A stretch of 32,732 nt of DNA from Candidatus Parcubacteria bacterium (GTDB lineage: Bacteria; Patescibacteriota; Minisyncoccia; Phycocordibacterales; Phycocordibacteraceae), in the NCBI GenBank assembly GCA_046051155.1, contig JBJOOS010000001.1:1-32732 (forward strand). The letters are read 5' to 3'. A program made the translations under genes and the position numbers. Position 1 is the first letter of the stretch, and each line of letters starts with the position of its first letter. The notes below the pieces were generated by a model that saw only the letters and a program-made list of their open reading frames with translations, did no database searches and was not told the DNA's origin. This document shows, piece after piece, positions 25,440-32,732 of this stretch.

Positions 25440-28196
25440 CTAGCGCGAGAGATACCGCTCCCGAATCATATTTTCAACAGTAGCACGGTCGCGCCCGTAG
25501 GTCAGCGAAGAAAGTTGCACTAGGTCCTGCACCTGTTCGTGATTGAGCGGCGGGAGATCGACCGTCTTCATATCAAACGGCTTCTGCGGTATGCCTTTGG
25601 TGAGAATCTTCACATACGCATTTCTGAACTCGAGATTCACGAAATCGAGCGCCTTGAAGACCGGCGCAAACTGCTTCTCGAAGAACTCAGCATCTTCTTC
25701 GCCAACGCGGAAGATAGCCATGTTACCCACGTTGCCGAAGACGGCATCGCGCGTCTTCTCGTCTATCTGCGCGAGGAACTGGTGCGCCATCGAGAGCGAG
25801 AGCTTGTACTTGCGAGCCTCAGAGAGAATGCCTGGAATCGAGTCCGTGGTGATGTTCTGGAACTCGTCGATATAGAGATAGAAGGGTGGAAACTGTCCGC
25901 GCGGATTGTCAGCGCGCGAGAGCGCGGCCATGAAGAGCTTGCCCACGAGAATAAGACCGAGCAGGTTGGCGTTCTTCTCGCCGAGACGGCCCTTGGAGAG
26001 ATTCACGAGGAGAATCTTCTTATTATCCATCACCTCGCGGAAGTTGAACGAGGACTCCTGCTGGCCGACGATCGGACGGATAAAGTCGTTTGCGGTGAAG
26101 TCGTCAAACTTGTTGGTGATATACGGCACGATATTTTCGAGCGACGCGTCGCCGCCCGCCTTCGTTGCGATGTCAGTCCAGAACTGATTCACAATCGGAT
26201 TCATGCTGCGAGACAGCTTCAACCTGCGGAATTCGGTGTTTGAGAGAACGCGCGCGATGTCGAGTATGGTCGAGCCGCTGGTCGGATCTTCCATCACGAG
26301 CTGAGTCGCATTGCGGAAATACTGCTCGAAGGCTGGACCCATGCTCTCGGGCACGTCGCCGTAGAGGCGGCGGAATATCATCAAGAGCTCATTTACGATA
26401 AACGTCTTCTGCTCGGGGCGCGAGATATCGTATTCCAAGAAATTTAATCCAAACGGACGCGAGAGATCCGCTGGGTCGAAGTAGATAACGTCTTGGTAAC
26501 GCTCGGGCGGAACGGCGGCGAGGACATTCAGCACGTCAGAGCCGTGCGGGTCGATGAAGCAGCAGCCCTCGCCGTTTTTAATATCCTGAATAATAGACGC
26601 CGTCAGGAGCCCCGACTTACCGGTACCAGTCTGACCGATGATATAGAAATGACGGAGGCGATCCTCCATCTCCATCCGCACCTCCGTCTGCACATTGCGA
26701 TAGGTGTTCGTCCCTAGCATGAGCCCATCCTTCGGCAGAGTGAGCGGCGCGGGCGCGTGGGTGAAGCGTGCCTGCTTCAGGTGCGGGGAACTCTCGATGC
26801 CAGACGGCGGGAAGTGGTACATCGTTGTGAGCTCGCGGAGCGAGAGCGGCATCGCAGTCGCGTCTGGCAGACGGAACGAGAAGTCTTCGAAGAGGTCGCG
26901 TTCGTCGCCGCCGTGCGCGCGCACGAACTTAATCCGGTTGCCCTGCGTGTTGGTGAACTGATTAAACGCCGCCTCGAGTTCGCCGAGTACTTGCTCTGCC
27001 TTCTGCTCGTTCTTAGAGGAAGCGACGAGGCGGATCGTCGCGCCGACGATCGGTGTCGCGACCTTCTTCTCGACCTGTTCCACGTGCGTCTTATTCTCTT
27101 CTATCTGGCGCGTCTCGGCCTCCTTCGCCTTCTCCTCGTCCTTGGGCTTACTCGTGAAGAGTGTGCGGCCGAAGTCGCGTGCGATCTCGCCAAGCGCGGT
27201 CTCAGGCGTCGAGAAGGCTACGTGACGCTTCTCGCCTTTGCGCAGTGCCTGGAGAATCTTACGGTAGTGCTTCACGTGCCGCTCGGCGCGCGGCTCGATG
27301 ATAATCTGAAGGGCCGCGCCCTCTCCCTCGTGCTCTATTTTGGAAAACGCATTAATAATCGCATTTATCGGATCGTAGTCGAAGTCGGTATAGTCCTTGA
27401 GCGGAAGCGCGGCGTGCTCGGCGAAGTGAGCGGTCGCGGCGAGCGACTTCCCGCCAGAGACGAAGATGTTGTAATCGTTCTCCTGAGGCACGAGGTGCGC
27501 TTCGGGAAAGACGGCGAGCAATTGCTTCTCGAAGAGGTTGCGCTTCGTGTTCGGCACCGCCGCATAGAACTGTAACTCTGAACTGTCGGCCGGTATCGCG
27601 AGCTCAAGCGCGAAGTAGTGCGGCTCGCCTGGCACCGCCTGCTCAACCGAGAGGAGGCCCGCGTAGAGCTGTTCCATGCTCGATACCAGCTCCTTCAGCG
27701 GCTTCTCGCGCGCGCCCGTATCTGCGTTTTTATACTCAGGAAGCGCAACTTCGTAGAGCGTCATGTGGAGCGCTTGGAAGCGAGGAGTCTTCTCGTCGAG
27801 GCCCGACACCGGCAGGCCAGCCGCGATGTGCCGCACGAGGTAGCGATGGAAGTCGTCTGCGATATACGGATCCTGCATTTTCTCGACTACTGAAAGCACG
27901 TGTTTAATCCCCTTCTCTTCCATCGCGCTCTTCAGGCTCCGTATCACGTCTTCACTCCCGCCAAGGCGCAGCTCAGTGAGTAAACGCGAGGCAGTGTCGC
28001 CTGCCGCCGCTTCATCGACACGATATTTTTTAGCGAGAACGGTGGCTGGCGCTTCGTGGTGCTCGTGAATCGTCTCTGAGATTATTTCTGGTCGCGAGTG
28101 GTCAGACCCCGCGAGCTCTGCCTCCTTGCGCATTACCTGCTCTCGCAAGTACGCGAGCTCTTCTTCAGGCGTGGACAGCTTCGGTACAGATTCCAT
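25440..28196 (-). CDS. VirD4/TraD-like (type IV coupling protein family) P-loop ATPase with a large unknown N-terminal domain and no TM helix
   Basis: 918 aa. Contains Walker A IIGQTGTGKSGLL (about nt 26612-26637), Walker B FYLYIDEFQN, and a C-terminal MAHQFLAQIDEKTRDAVFGNVGNMAIFRVG resembling TraD/TraG C-terminal motifs. Confidence 0.75.
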   Translation of the reverse strand: MESVPKLSTPEEELAYLREQVMRKEAELAGSDHSRPEIISETIHEHHEAPATVLAKKYRVDEAAAGDTASRLLTELRLGGSEDVIRSLKSAMEEKGIKHVLSVVEKMQDPYIADDFHRYLVRHIAAGLPVSGLDEKTPRFQALHMTLYEVALPEYKNADTGAREKPLKELVSSMEQLYAGLLSVEQAVPGEPHYFALELAIPADSSELQFYAAVPNTKRNLFEKQLLAVFPEAHLVPQENDYNIFVSGGKSLAATAHFAEHAALPLKDYTDFDYDPINAIINAFSKIEHEGEGAALQIIIEPRAERHVKHYRKILQALRKGEKRHVAFSTPETALGEIARDFGRTLFTSKPKDEEKAKEAETRQIEENKTHVEQVEKKVATPIVGATIRLVASSKNEQKAEQVLGELEAAFNQFTNTQGNRIKFVRAHGGDERDLFEDFSFRLPDATAMPLSLRELTTMYHFPPSGIESSPHLKQARFTHAPAPLTLPKDGLMLGTNTYRNVQTEVRMEMEDRLRHFYIIGQTGTGKSGLLTASIIQDIKNGEGCCFIDPHGSDVLNVLAAVPPERYQDVIYFDPADLSRPFGLNFLEYDISRPEQKTFIVNELLMIFRRLYGDVPESMGPAFEQYFRNATQLVMEDPTSGSTILDIARVLSNTEFRRLKLSRSMNPIVNQFWTDIATKAGGDASLENIVPYITNKFDDFTANDFIRPIVGQQESSFNFREVMDNKKILLVNLSKGRLGEKNANLLGLILVGKLFMAALSRADNPRGQFPPFYLYIDEFQNITTDSIPGILSEARKYKLSLSMAHQFLAQIDEKTRDAVFGNVGNMAIFRVGEEDAEFFEKQFAPVFKALDFVNLEFRNAYVKILTKGIPQKPFDMKTVDLPPLNHEQVQDLVQLSSLTYGRDRATVENMIRERYLSR

Positions 28197-28203
28197 TTAC
28201 TTT

Positions 28204-28211
28204 AGTATACT
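28204..28211. promoter_or_regulatory. Palindromic AGTATACT giving a TATACT -10 box in both directions within the 17-nt divergent intergenic gap
   Basis: On the minus strand TATACT is followed by 7 nt and then the ATPase ATG. On the plus strand TATACT is followed by 2 nt and then ATG 28214, or by 8 nt and then ATG 28220. Confidence 0.4.
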
Positions 28212-28213
28212 CT

Positions 28214-28837
28214 ATGGGAATGCTCAACTTCTTAACCGCGTGTGCGCATCTCAATCCGATAGACATTATTAAGACCGGAAGCTATGTCGGCATCGCGTTC
28301 GTAGTTTTCGCCGAGAGCGGACTCTTAGTCGGCATCTTCTTTCCGGGAGATTCGCTTCTCTTCGCTTCCGGATTACTTGCTGGGGGCGGCGTGCTCGCCT
28401 TCTTCCCGCTTCTTTTATTCGTTGTTGTCGCGGCTATCGCCGGCGACTCGGTCGGCTATTGGTTTGGTAAGAATGTGGGAGTCAATTTCTTCAATCGCAA
28501 GGACTCGCTCATCTTCAAACAGGAGTACCTGAAGCGCACTCAGGCGTTCTATAAAAAGTACGGTGGCCGCGCCGTCGTGCTCGCGCGGTTCGTGCCCATC
28601 GTACGCACCATCGCACCGATTCTCGCTGGTATCGCAGGGATGAAATATGCCACCTTCCTCTCGTACAACATGCTCGGCGGTACACTCTGGGGCGCGGGCC
28701 TGCTCTCGCTCGGTTTCTTCCTCGGTACCCTTATCCCAAACAGCGAACACTACATCACCCCCATTTCAATCGTGATTATCGCCCTCTCCTTCCTACCTAT
28801 TATTGTAAACGTGGTGCGCGGCAAACGCGCGATTTAA
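28214..28837 (+). CDS. dedA: DedA/VTT-domain family membrane protein
   Basis: 207 aa. Contains FPGDSLLFASGLLAG and YGGRAVVLARFVPIVRTIAPILAGIAGMKY. Confidence 0.85.
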   Translation: MGMLNFLTACAHLNPIDIIKTGSYVGIAFVVFAESGLLVGIFFPGDSLLFASGLLAGGGVLAFFPLLLFVVVAAIAGDSVGYWFGKNVGVNFFNRKDSLIFKQEYLKRTQAFYKKYGGRAVVLARFVPIVRTIAPILAGIAGMKYATFLSYNMLGGTLWGAGLLSLGFFLGTLIPNSEHYITPISIVIIALSFLPIIVNVVRGKRAI

Positions 28838-29043
28838 TACCCAATACTGTTCATCGTCGAGCTGTACGAGCTGATAAATGAGGGGATCGCGAACGCGAGG
28901 CCGACAAGCGGAAGTACGAAGAGGATGATCGTGACCACGCCGGTCCAGAAGAGATACTTACGCACCTTCTCGGCGGCGACGTACGCCTTCTCGGCCTTCG
29001 CCTCTATCGCATCAAGCTTCGCCAAGAGTTCTGGATCAATCAT
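28834..29043 (-). CDS. Small (69 aa) single-pass membrane protein
   Basis: MIDPELLAKLDAIEAKAEKAYVAAEKVRKYLFWTGVVTIILFVLPLVGLAFAI... Start taken at the ATG 4 nt after the stop of the upstream gene. The track's longer start overlaps that gene. Confidence 0.5.
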   Translation of the reverse strand: MIDPELLAKLDAIEAKAEKAYVAAEKVRKYLFWTGVVTIILFVLPLVGLAFAIPSFISSYSSTMNSIGY

Positions 29044-29047
29044 AGTG

Positions 29048-29380
29048 TTAGTGGCTCCAGAAGTGGAACACCCAGTTGACCGCTGAGAGCACGAGCGCGA
29101 AGAGGACTGCCGACCAGAAGCCTGCCACGGCAAAGCCAGGGACGATCGTGGAGGCGAGCATCACGAGGAGAGCGTTGATAACAATCGAGAAGAGCCCGAG
29201 CGTTAAAATGGTAATCGGGAGCGTGAGGACCGTGAGAATTGGCTTGATGAAGAGGTTAAACGCGCCGAGTACCACAGCGGCAATAATCGCCCCTTCTACC
29301 GTGACCGCAACGCCCGGGACCAGCTGTGCCCCGACCCAGATGGCGAGCGCCGCAATAATCCAATGCAAGAAAAATTTCAT
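29048..29380 (-). CDS. DUF360 / phage holin family 4-like membrane protein
   Basis: MKFFLHWIIAALAIWVGAQLVPGV...TLPITILTLGLFSIVINALLVMLAS..VPGF is a strong match to the family pattern from memory. TATAGT lies 6 nt upstream of the ATG. Confidence 0.72.
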   Translation of the reverse strand: MKFFLHWIIAALAIWVGAQLVPGVAVTVEGAIIAAVVLGAFNLFIKPILTVLTLPITILTLGLFSIVINALLVMLASTIVPGFAVAGFWSAVLFALVLSAVNWVFHFWSH

Positions 29381-29387
29381 AGAACAA

Positions 29388-30101
29388 CTATACCAGATGC
29401 ACAACGCTGTAGAGCAGAAGTGCGCCAAGGAGCGTCATGATGGTAGTGAGTGCGCGCGGGTGACGATGGTGACTCTCGGGGATAAGATCGCTCGCCGAAA
29501 GATAGAGGAACGAGCCCGCAAAAAGCGCCAGCATGAGCCCCATATATGACGCGGGAATATTGAAGAAGAGCGTCGACGCGGCGCCAAGGAGCGGCGCGAG
29601 CGCGTCGATGAAGAGCCAGCGGATCGCGTGCCGCCAGCTCCCGCCGTTACGCAGGATCAAGTTCACGGTATTGATGCCGTCGGAGAAGTCGTGGGTGAGC
29701 ACTGCCGCTGTCACGAGCGCCCCAACTGCCGCCGACGCCTGGAAGCCTACGCCAATAGCAACACCGTCGACGAAACTGTGCGCCGAGAGCGTGAGCGCGC
29801 CAAAAGCTCCGCGCGGCACGCTCACGTCCTCGTCTTCGTCGTGCGTATGCAAGAGAATGAGCCGGTCGAGAATAAGGTACCCGAACAGACCAAGCGCGAT
29901 GAAGAGCGACACGGTCGAGGCCTGGTGATACTTGGTCCCTAGCTCGATAGCCTCGGGTAAGAGATCAAAGAGCGCAACTCCAGCAACCGCTCCTGCTGAA
30001 AAGCCAAGGATGAGGTGGAGCTGATCACGAAAGCGAATCGCAAACATTCCACCTATGAAGGTGGCGACCGACGCGGCAAATGCAACGAGGAGTATGTGCA
30101 T
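29388..30101 (-). CDS. ZIP family divalent metal transporter
   Basis: Polytopic protein with an HTHDEDED loop, HSFVDGVAIG and HDFSDG motifs. Start is ATG 30101 (TATTAT 6 nt upstream) or the track's GTG at 30116. Confidence 0.8.
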   Translation of the reverse strand: MHILLVAFAASVATFIGGMFAIRFRDQLHLILGFSAGAVAGVALFDLLPEAIELGTKYHQASTVSLFIALGLFGYLILDRLILLHTHDEDEDVSVPRGAFGALTLSAHSFVDGVAIGVGFQASAAVGALVTAAVLTHDFSDGINTVNLILRNGGSWRHAIRWLFIDALAPLLGAASTLFFNIPASYMGLMLALFAGSFLYLSASDLIPESHHRHPRALTTIMTLLGALLLYSVVHLV

Positions 30102-30130
30102 ATCCAGATAATACACCCTCCCGAATGTTG

Positions 30131-30814
30131 TTACTTCACCAAAGGATCAATAGCCGCCTTGAAGGTGTCAAATGGATACGACCCTGCAATCAGCTTAGTG
30201 CCGATGATAAAGGAGGGTGTCGACTGGACGTTTAACCCCTGCCCTTCAGTCTTATCTGCAGTCAGCATAGCGTCGTAGGTGCTTGCGTTCGCCTTCACGT
30301 CAGCGGCGACTGCCGCGGCGTCGATGCCAGAGATCGTTGCGTCGAGCGTGTCGATGGTAGCGGCGTTGCCGAAGCCTTGGTCGCCCTCTTGGTCTTGGGC
30401 GTTATACATCGCGGTGCGCCAGGTGAAGTATTTGTCGGGATAGAGCTTCCACACCGCGCGACCGTACTCGCCGCCCGTGATCGAGTCCTTACCGAGGAAT
30501 GCCATATCCTTGAATACCAGCTTCACCTTGCCGGTGTCTATGTAAGAACTCATCACCTGCGGAAGCGCCGTTAGCTCGAACTGCTTGCACGCGGGGCACT
30601 GATAATCAGACCACTCAACAATAGTGACCGGCGCGTTTGCCTGGCCGATGAAGGGCTCGTTATCGGTCTTCACCTTCGAGGCATCAACCGTCGTCGAAAT
30701 GGGTGTGGTGCTACCCGACTGGGCGCCGAAGTAGACTGCGCCGACAACCAGAAGGCCTACAAACACCACCACAATAACAAGCAGAACCTTGGTACTCCGG
30801 TCGTTCAGATCCAT
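30131..30814 (-). CDS. DsbA-like thiol:disulfide oxidoreductase (thioredoxin fold), anchored
   Basis: N-terminal TM helix, active site WSDYQCPACKQFE, C-terminal STPSFIIG. Confidence 0.82.
   Translation of the reverse strand: MDLNDRSTKVLLVIVVVFVGLLVVGAVYFGAQSGSTTPISTTVDASKVKTDNEPFIGQANAPVTIVEWSDYQCPACKQFELTALPQVMSSYIDTGKVKLVFKDMAFLGKDSITGGEYGRAVWKLYPDKYFTWRTAMYNAQDQEGDQGFGNAATIDTLDATISGIDAAAVAADVKANASTYDAMLTADKTEGQGLNVQSTPSFIIGTKLIAGSYPFDTFKAAIDPLVK
30258..30502. repeat. Near-identical 245-bp tract shared by the two DsbA-like paralogs (copy 1)
   Basis: Hand alignment with 30946-31190 at a fixed offset of 688 shows about 11 mismatches. The first 72 nt are identical. Confidence 0.8.
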
Positions 30815-30815
30815 A

Positions 30816-31547
30816 CTACTTACCGAGTACGGCTGTTATCGCCGTTTCAAACTGAGCGTAGGGATATGCGCCAGCGAGGAGCTGAGTACCGATGATGAAC
30901 GACGGCGTCGCGCTCACGCCAAGCTTGGCCGCCTCTGCTTTGTCCGCAGTCAGCATAGCGTCGTAGGTGCTTGCGTTCGCCTTCACGTCAGCGGCGACTG
31001 CCGCGGCGTCGATGCCAGAAATCGTCGCGTCAAGCGTGTCGATGGTAGCGGCGTTACCGAAGCCTTTGTCGCCCTCTTGGTCTTGGGCGTTATACATCGC
31101 GGTGCGCCAGGTGAAGTATTGTGAGGGATAGAGCTTCCACACTGCGCGACTGTACTCGCCGCCCGTGATCGAGTCCTTACCGAGGAATGCGAAATCCTTA
31201 AAGACAATCTTCACCTTACCGGTCTCCACATAGTTCTTGAGAATGTCTGGCATAGCGGCACCTATCGTGATCTGTGGAACACCGCCAGTCTCAAACGCTT
31301 TACAGTACGGACACTGGAAGTCGCTCCAGAAAGCGATAGTGACTGGCGCATTTGCCTGGCCGATGAATGGCTCGCCATCAGTCTTAACGTCCTTAATATT
31401 TACCTTCGGCGCCTGGGGCTGTTGACCCGCTGCGACCTGAGCACCCGCTACAGGATGCTGACCATTATAGAAAACGGCGCCGGCAATAAGGGCCAAACCG
31501 GCGAACAGCGCTATCGGCATGAACTTGTCATTTGTTTTGGTTTCCAT
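30816..31547 (-). CDS. DsbA-like thiol:disulfide oxidoreductase, tandem paralog
   Basis: Active site WSDFQCPYCKAFE and ATPSFIIG. Its stop lies 1 nt before the downstream paralog's ATG. Start is uncertain: ATG 31547, or an upstream GTG up to 31583. Confidence 0.8.
   Translation of the reverse strand: METKTNDKFMPIALFAGLALIAGAVFYNGQHPVAGAQVAAGQQPQAPKVNIKDVKTDGEPFIGQANAPVTIAFWSDFQCPYCKAFETGGVPQITIGAAMPDILKNYVETGKVKIVFKDFAFLGKDSITGGEYSRAVWKLYPSQYFTWRTAMYNAQDQEGDKGFGNAATIDTLDATISGIDAAAVAADVKANASTYDAMLTADKAEAAKLGVSATPSFIIGTQLLAGAYPYAQFETAITAVLGK
30946..31190. repeat. Near-identical 245-bp tract shared by the two DsbA-like paralogs (copy 2)
   Basis: See 30258-30502. Confidence 0.8.
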
Positions 31548-31638
31548 ATCCGAGGATAATACCACACCCCTCCTTACCGCCACCAGAAGGTGCTACTCTT
31601 ATAGGTGGATCTTCCACCAACCGCTACAGGAGGCGGAG

Positions 31639-32049
31639 ATGAAGGCATTATGGTCTTTGATACTGCTCTCTTTGTTCGCTCCGGTAGCGCACGCCGCCGA
31701 CGCAAACAGCCCCTTCCAGGCAACCTGGACGCTGACCTTCACGACCCAACCGAAGCTGACCCTCACCGGAATGCTCGACAACAGTCTCGGCGGACGCTGG
31801 GACAGTAGGACGCAGACACTCCGCCTCGTCGATCGATTCGGCATCGGAACCGAGAAGTCGTTTCTGCCCGACGCGCGCGCGATCATTGGCGGGAAACTGA
31901 ACCTCTCGAACAACAACACCGCGCTCTTGTTGCTCGGCCAGCGCAACAACGACCCGACCACGAAGCCTCGAGACATTTCTGGGAATCCGGTCGGCGGTCG
32001 CGAATTCGTTATCATTGTCGCCTGGCGTAAGACGTTGTGGAGCCACTGA
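31639..32049 (+). CDS. Small secreted hypothetical protein
   Basis: AGGAGG lies 5 nt upstream of ATG 31639. Signal peptide MKALWSLILLSLFAPVAHA-AD. The track ORF's longer N-terminus has no support. Confidence 0.55.
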   Translation: MKALWSLILLSLFAPVAHAADANSPFQATWTLTFTTQPKLTLTGMLDNSLGGRWDSRTQTLRLVDRFGIGTEKSFLPDARAIIGGKLNLSNNNTALLLLGQRNNDPTTKPRDISGNPVGGREFVIIVAWRKTLWSH

Positions 32050-32113
32050 GTCACCGGCCGCGCTGAATGGCGTACCCATAGAGGTGTTAAACGCCAGAGA
32101 GAAGCGCGAACTT

Positions 32114-32143
32114 GAGCCCTGCCTGCGGGGGCTCTTTTTATTT
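32114..32143 (+). terminator. Probable intrinsic terminator
   Basis: gagccc-(9 nt)-gggctc followed by tttttattt, lying between convergent genes. Confidence 0.5.
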
Positions 32144-32149
32144 CATCGC

Positions 32150-32732
32150 TTACTGATACTGAATATAGCTCGGCGTAGGAATCATCTTCAGCACTTCTGC
32201 GGGAGAGAGCATCCCGTCGGCGGGTGGACGCACGTCATTTTTATAGAAAAGTTTGATGCCGGTAAACTGCACCGGCTCAGGTACGATTACTCTACTGTAG
32301 GTACCGTACTTCTTCGCCTTGGAGCCGAAGCCGTCCATGTCCATCACGATCTGCACCTCCGGCAGAGGCAATATCTGTTTATAATTGGTCACCATATCTT
32401 GTGTAAAGCGGTGGACGACGAGCAGCTTCGGCGGAAGGTGATACTTCTGCACGAGTCCGGCGAGATAGCTCGCGGAGTAGTTGACGTCGGTCGCGTCCAT
32501 CGTGCCGATGACGCGGCCGGGAGCGTCGCCAAACTTCATCGAGAACTCAGGGTCAATAGCGAGGTGCACCTGCGGCATGCGCAGGTACTTCTCGAGCAGA
32601 GGGATCTCGCGCTCGACCGTACTCTTCCCCACCTGTATGTCGAGAATCACGATGCCGTGTGCGCGCTCGGCCAGCTCAAGCGCGTGGTCTATCTGGTCGT
32701 CGGGCATGCGCAGGATGTAGTTCCCCTCTGCG
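32150..32732 (-). CDS. Hypothetical protein, C-terminal part (the frame stays open to the right edge)
   Basis: 185-aa ORF from ATG 32707, but the same frame has no stop through 32732 (..AEGNYILRM..), so the gene probably starts outside the window. No confident family. Confidence 0.55.
   Translation of the reverse strand, partial: AEGNYILRMPDDQIDHALELAERAHGIVILDIQVGKSTVEREIPLLEKYLRMPQVHLAIDPEFSMKFGDAPGRVIGTMDATDVNYSASYLAGLVQKYHLPPKLLVVHRFTQDMVTNYKQILPLPEVQIVMDMDGFGSKAKKYGTYSRVIVPEPVQFTGIKLFYKNDVRPPADGMLSPAEVLKMIPTPSYIQYQ

Noticed and set aside
25539-27893. Plus-strand ORFs up to 272 aa inside the ATPase gene.
   Set aside because: They are antisense to a frame carrying Walker A/B and TraD-like motifs, and their compositions are Arg/Leu/Glu-rich shadow patterns.
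28834-29428. DUF360/holin-4-like protein plus a small TM protein, considered as a prophage lysis cassette.
   Set aside because: No endolysin, spanin or any phage structural gene is nearby. From memory, the DUF360 family is widespread in chromosomes. The N-terminal extensions in the track ORFs overlap neighbouring genes.
31599-32079. Minus-strand ORFs of 151 and 143 aa opposite the secreted-protein gene.
   Set aside because: The plus-strand frame has an AGGAGG site at ideal spacing and a canonical signal peptide. The minus-strand frames have neither and are Arg-rich.

Overview
All calls were made by eye from the ORF track, hand translation and remembered family motifs; no database search was run. 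The window looks like a densely packed chromosomal segment of a small-genome, moderately GC-rich bacterium. The gene content (shortened housekeeping proteins, SWIB protein, SemiSWEET, small helical and membrane proteins) suggests a Patescibacteria/CPR (Parcubacteria-like) organism, but that is inference only.

About 45 genes are present and all but four lie on the minus strand. From left to right:
- F-type ATP synthase operon atpB-E-F-H-A-G-D. atpD runs off the left edge, and atpH encodes only 81 aa.
- A SWIB-domain gene convergent with mscL, sharing one perfect hairpin terminator.
- A 6 kb stretch holding six minus-strand tRNA genes: Ala-GGC, Ala-CGC, Pro-GGG, Pro-CGG, Val-CAC and Ala-UGC. 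They are interleaved with single accessory genes: a class-A beta-lactamase-like serine hydrolase, a flavin amine oxidase, DUF2177, a C92/YiiX-like amidase, a secreted S53 sedolisin, DUF1761 and a PhnB-like VOC protein.
- A SAM methyltransferase, ddl, and a nucleotide excision repair cluster uvrC-uvrA ... uvrB, followed by tgt.
- An FKBP isomerase, then a translationally coupled pair: a soluble VirD4/TraD-like P-loop ATPase (918 aa) and a 761-aa membrane protein with a long Pro/Ala/Glu/Asp-rich stalk.
- dedA, a DUF360 (holin-4) membrane protein, a ZIP transporter, two tandem DsbA-like oxidoreductases, a small secreted protein, and a partial ORF at the right edge.

Most interesting observations:
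1. The uvrB-uvrA gap holds three mini-cassettes (an 89-aa anchored protein, a SemiSWEET, and an unannotated 32-aa peptide). Each is preceded by a copy of the last codons of uvrB. The copies differ from each other only at synonymous sites, and each overlaps or abuts a -35 box.
2. The orphan coupling-ATPase / giant membrane protein module.
3. A Tgt lacking all three zinc-binding cysteines.
4. A UvrA lacking the insertion domain, and a minimal UvrC.
5. tRNA genes abutting start codons, plus a recurrent TAnnnT-N6-ATG (leaderless-type) layout at many genes.

No CRISPR array, transposase, integrase or rRNA was seen.
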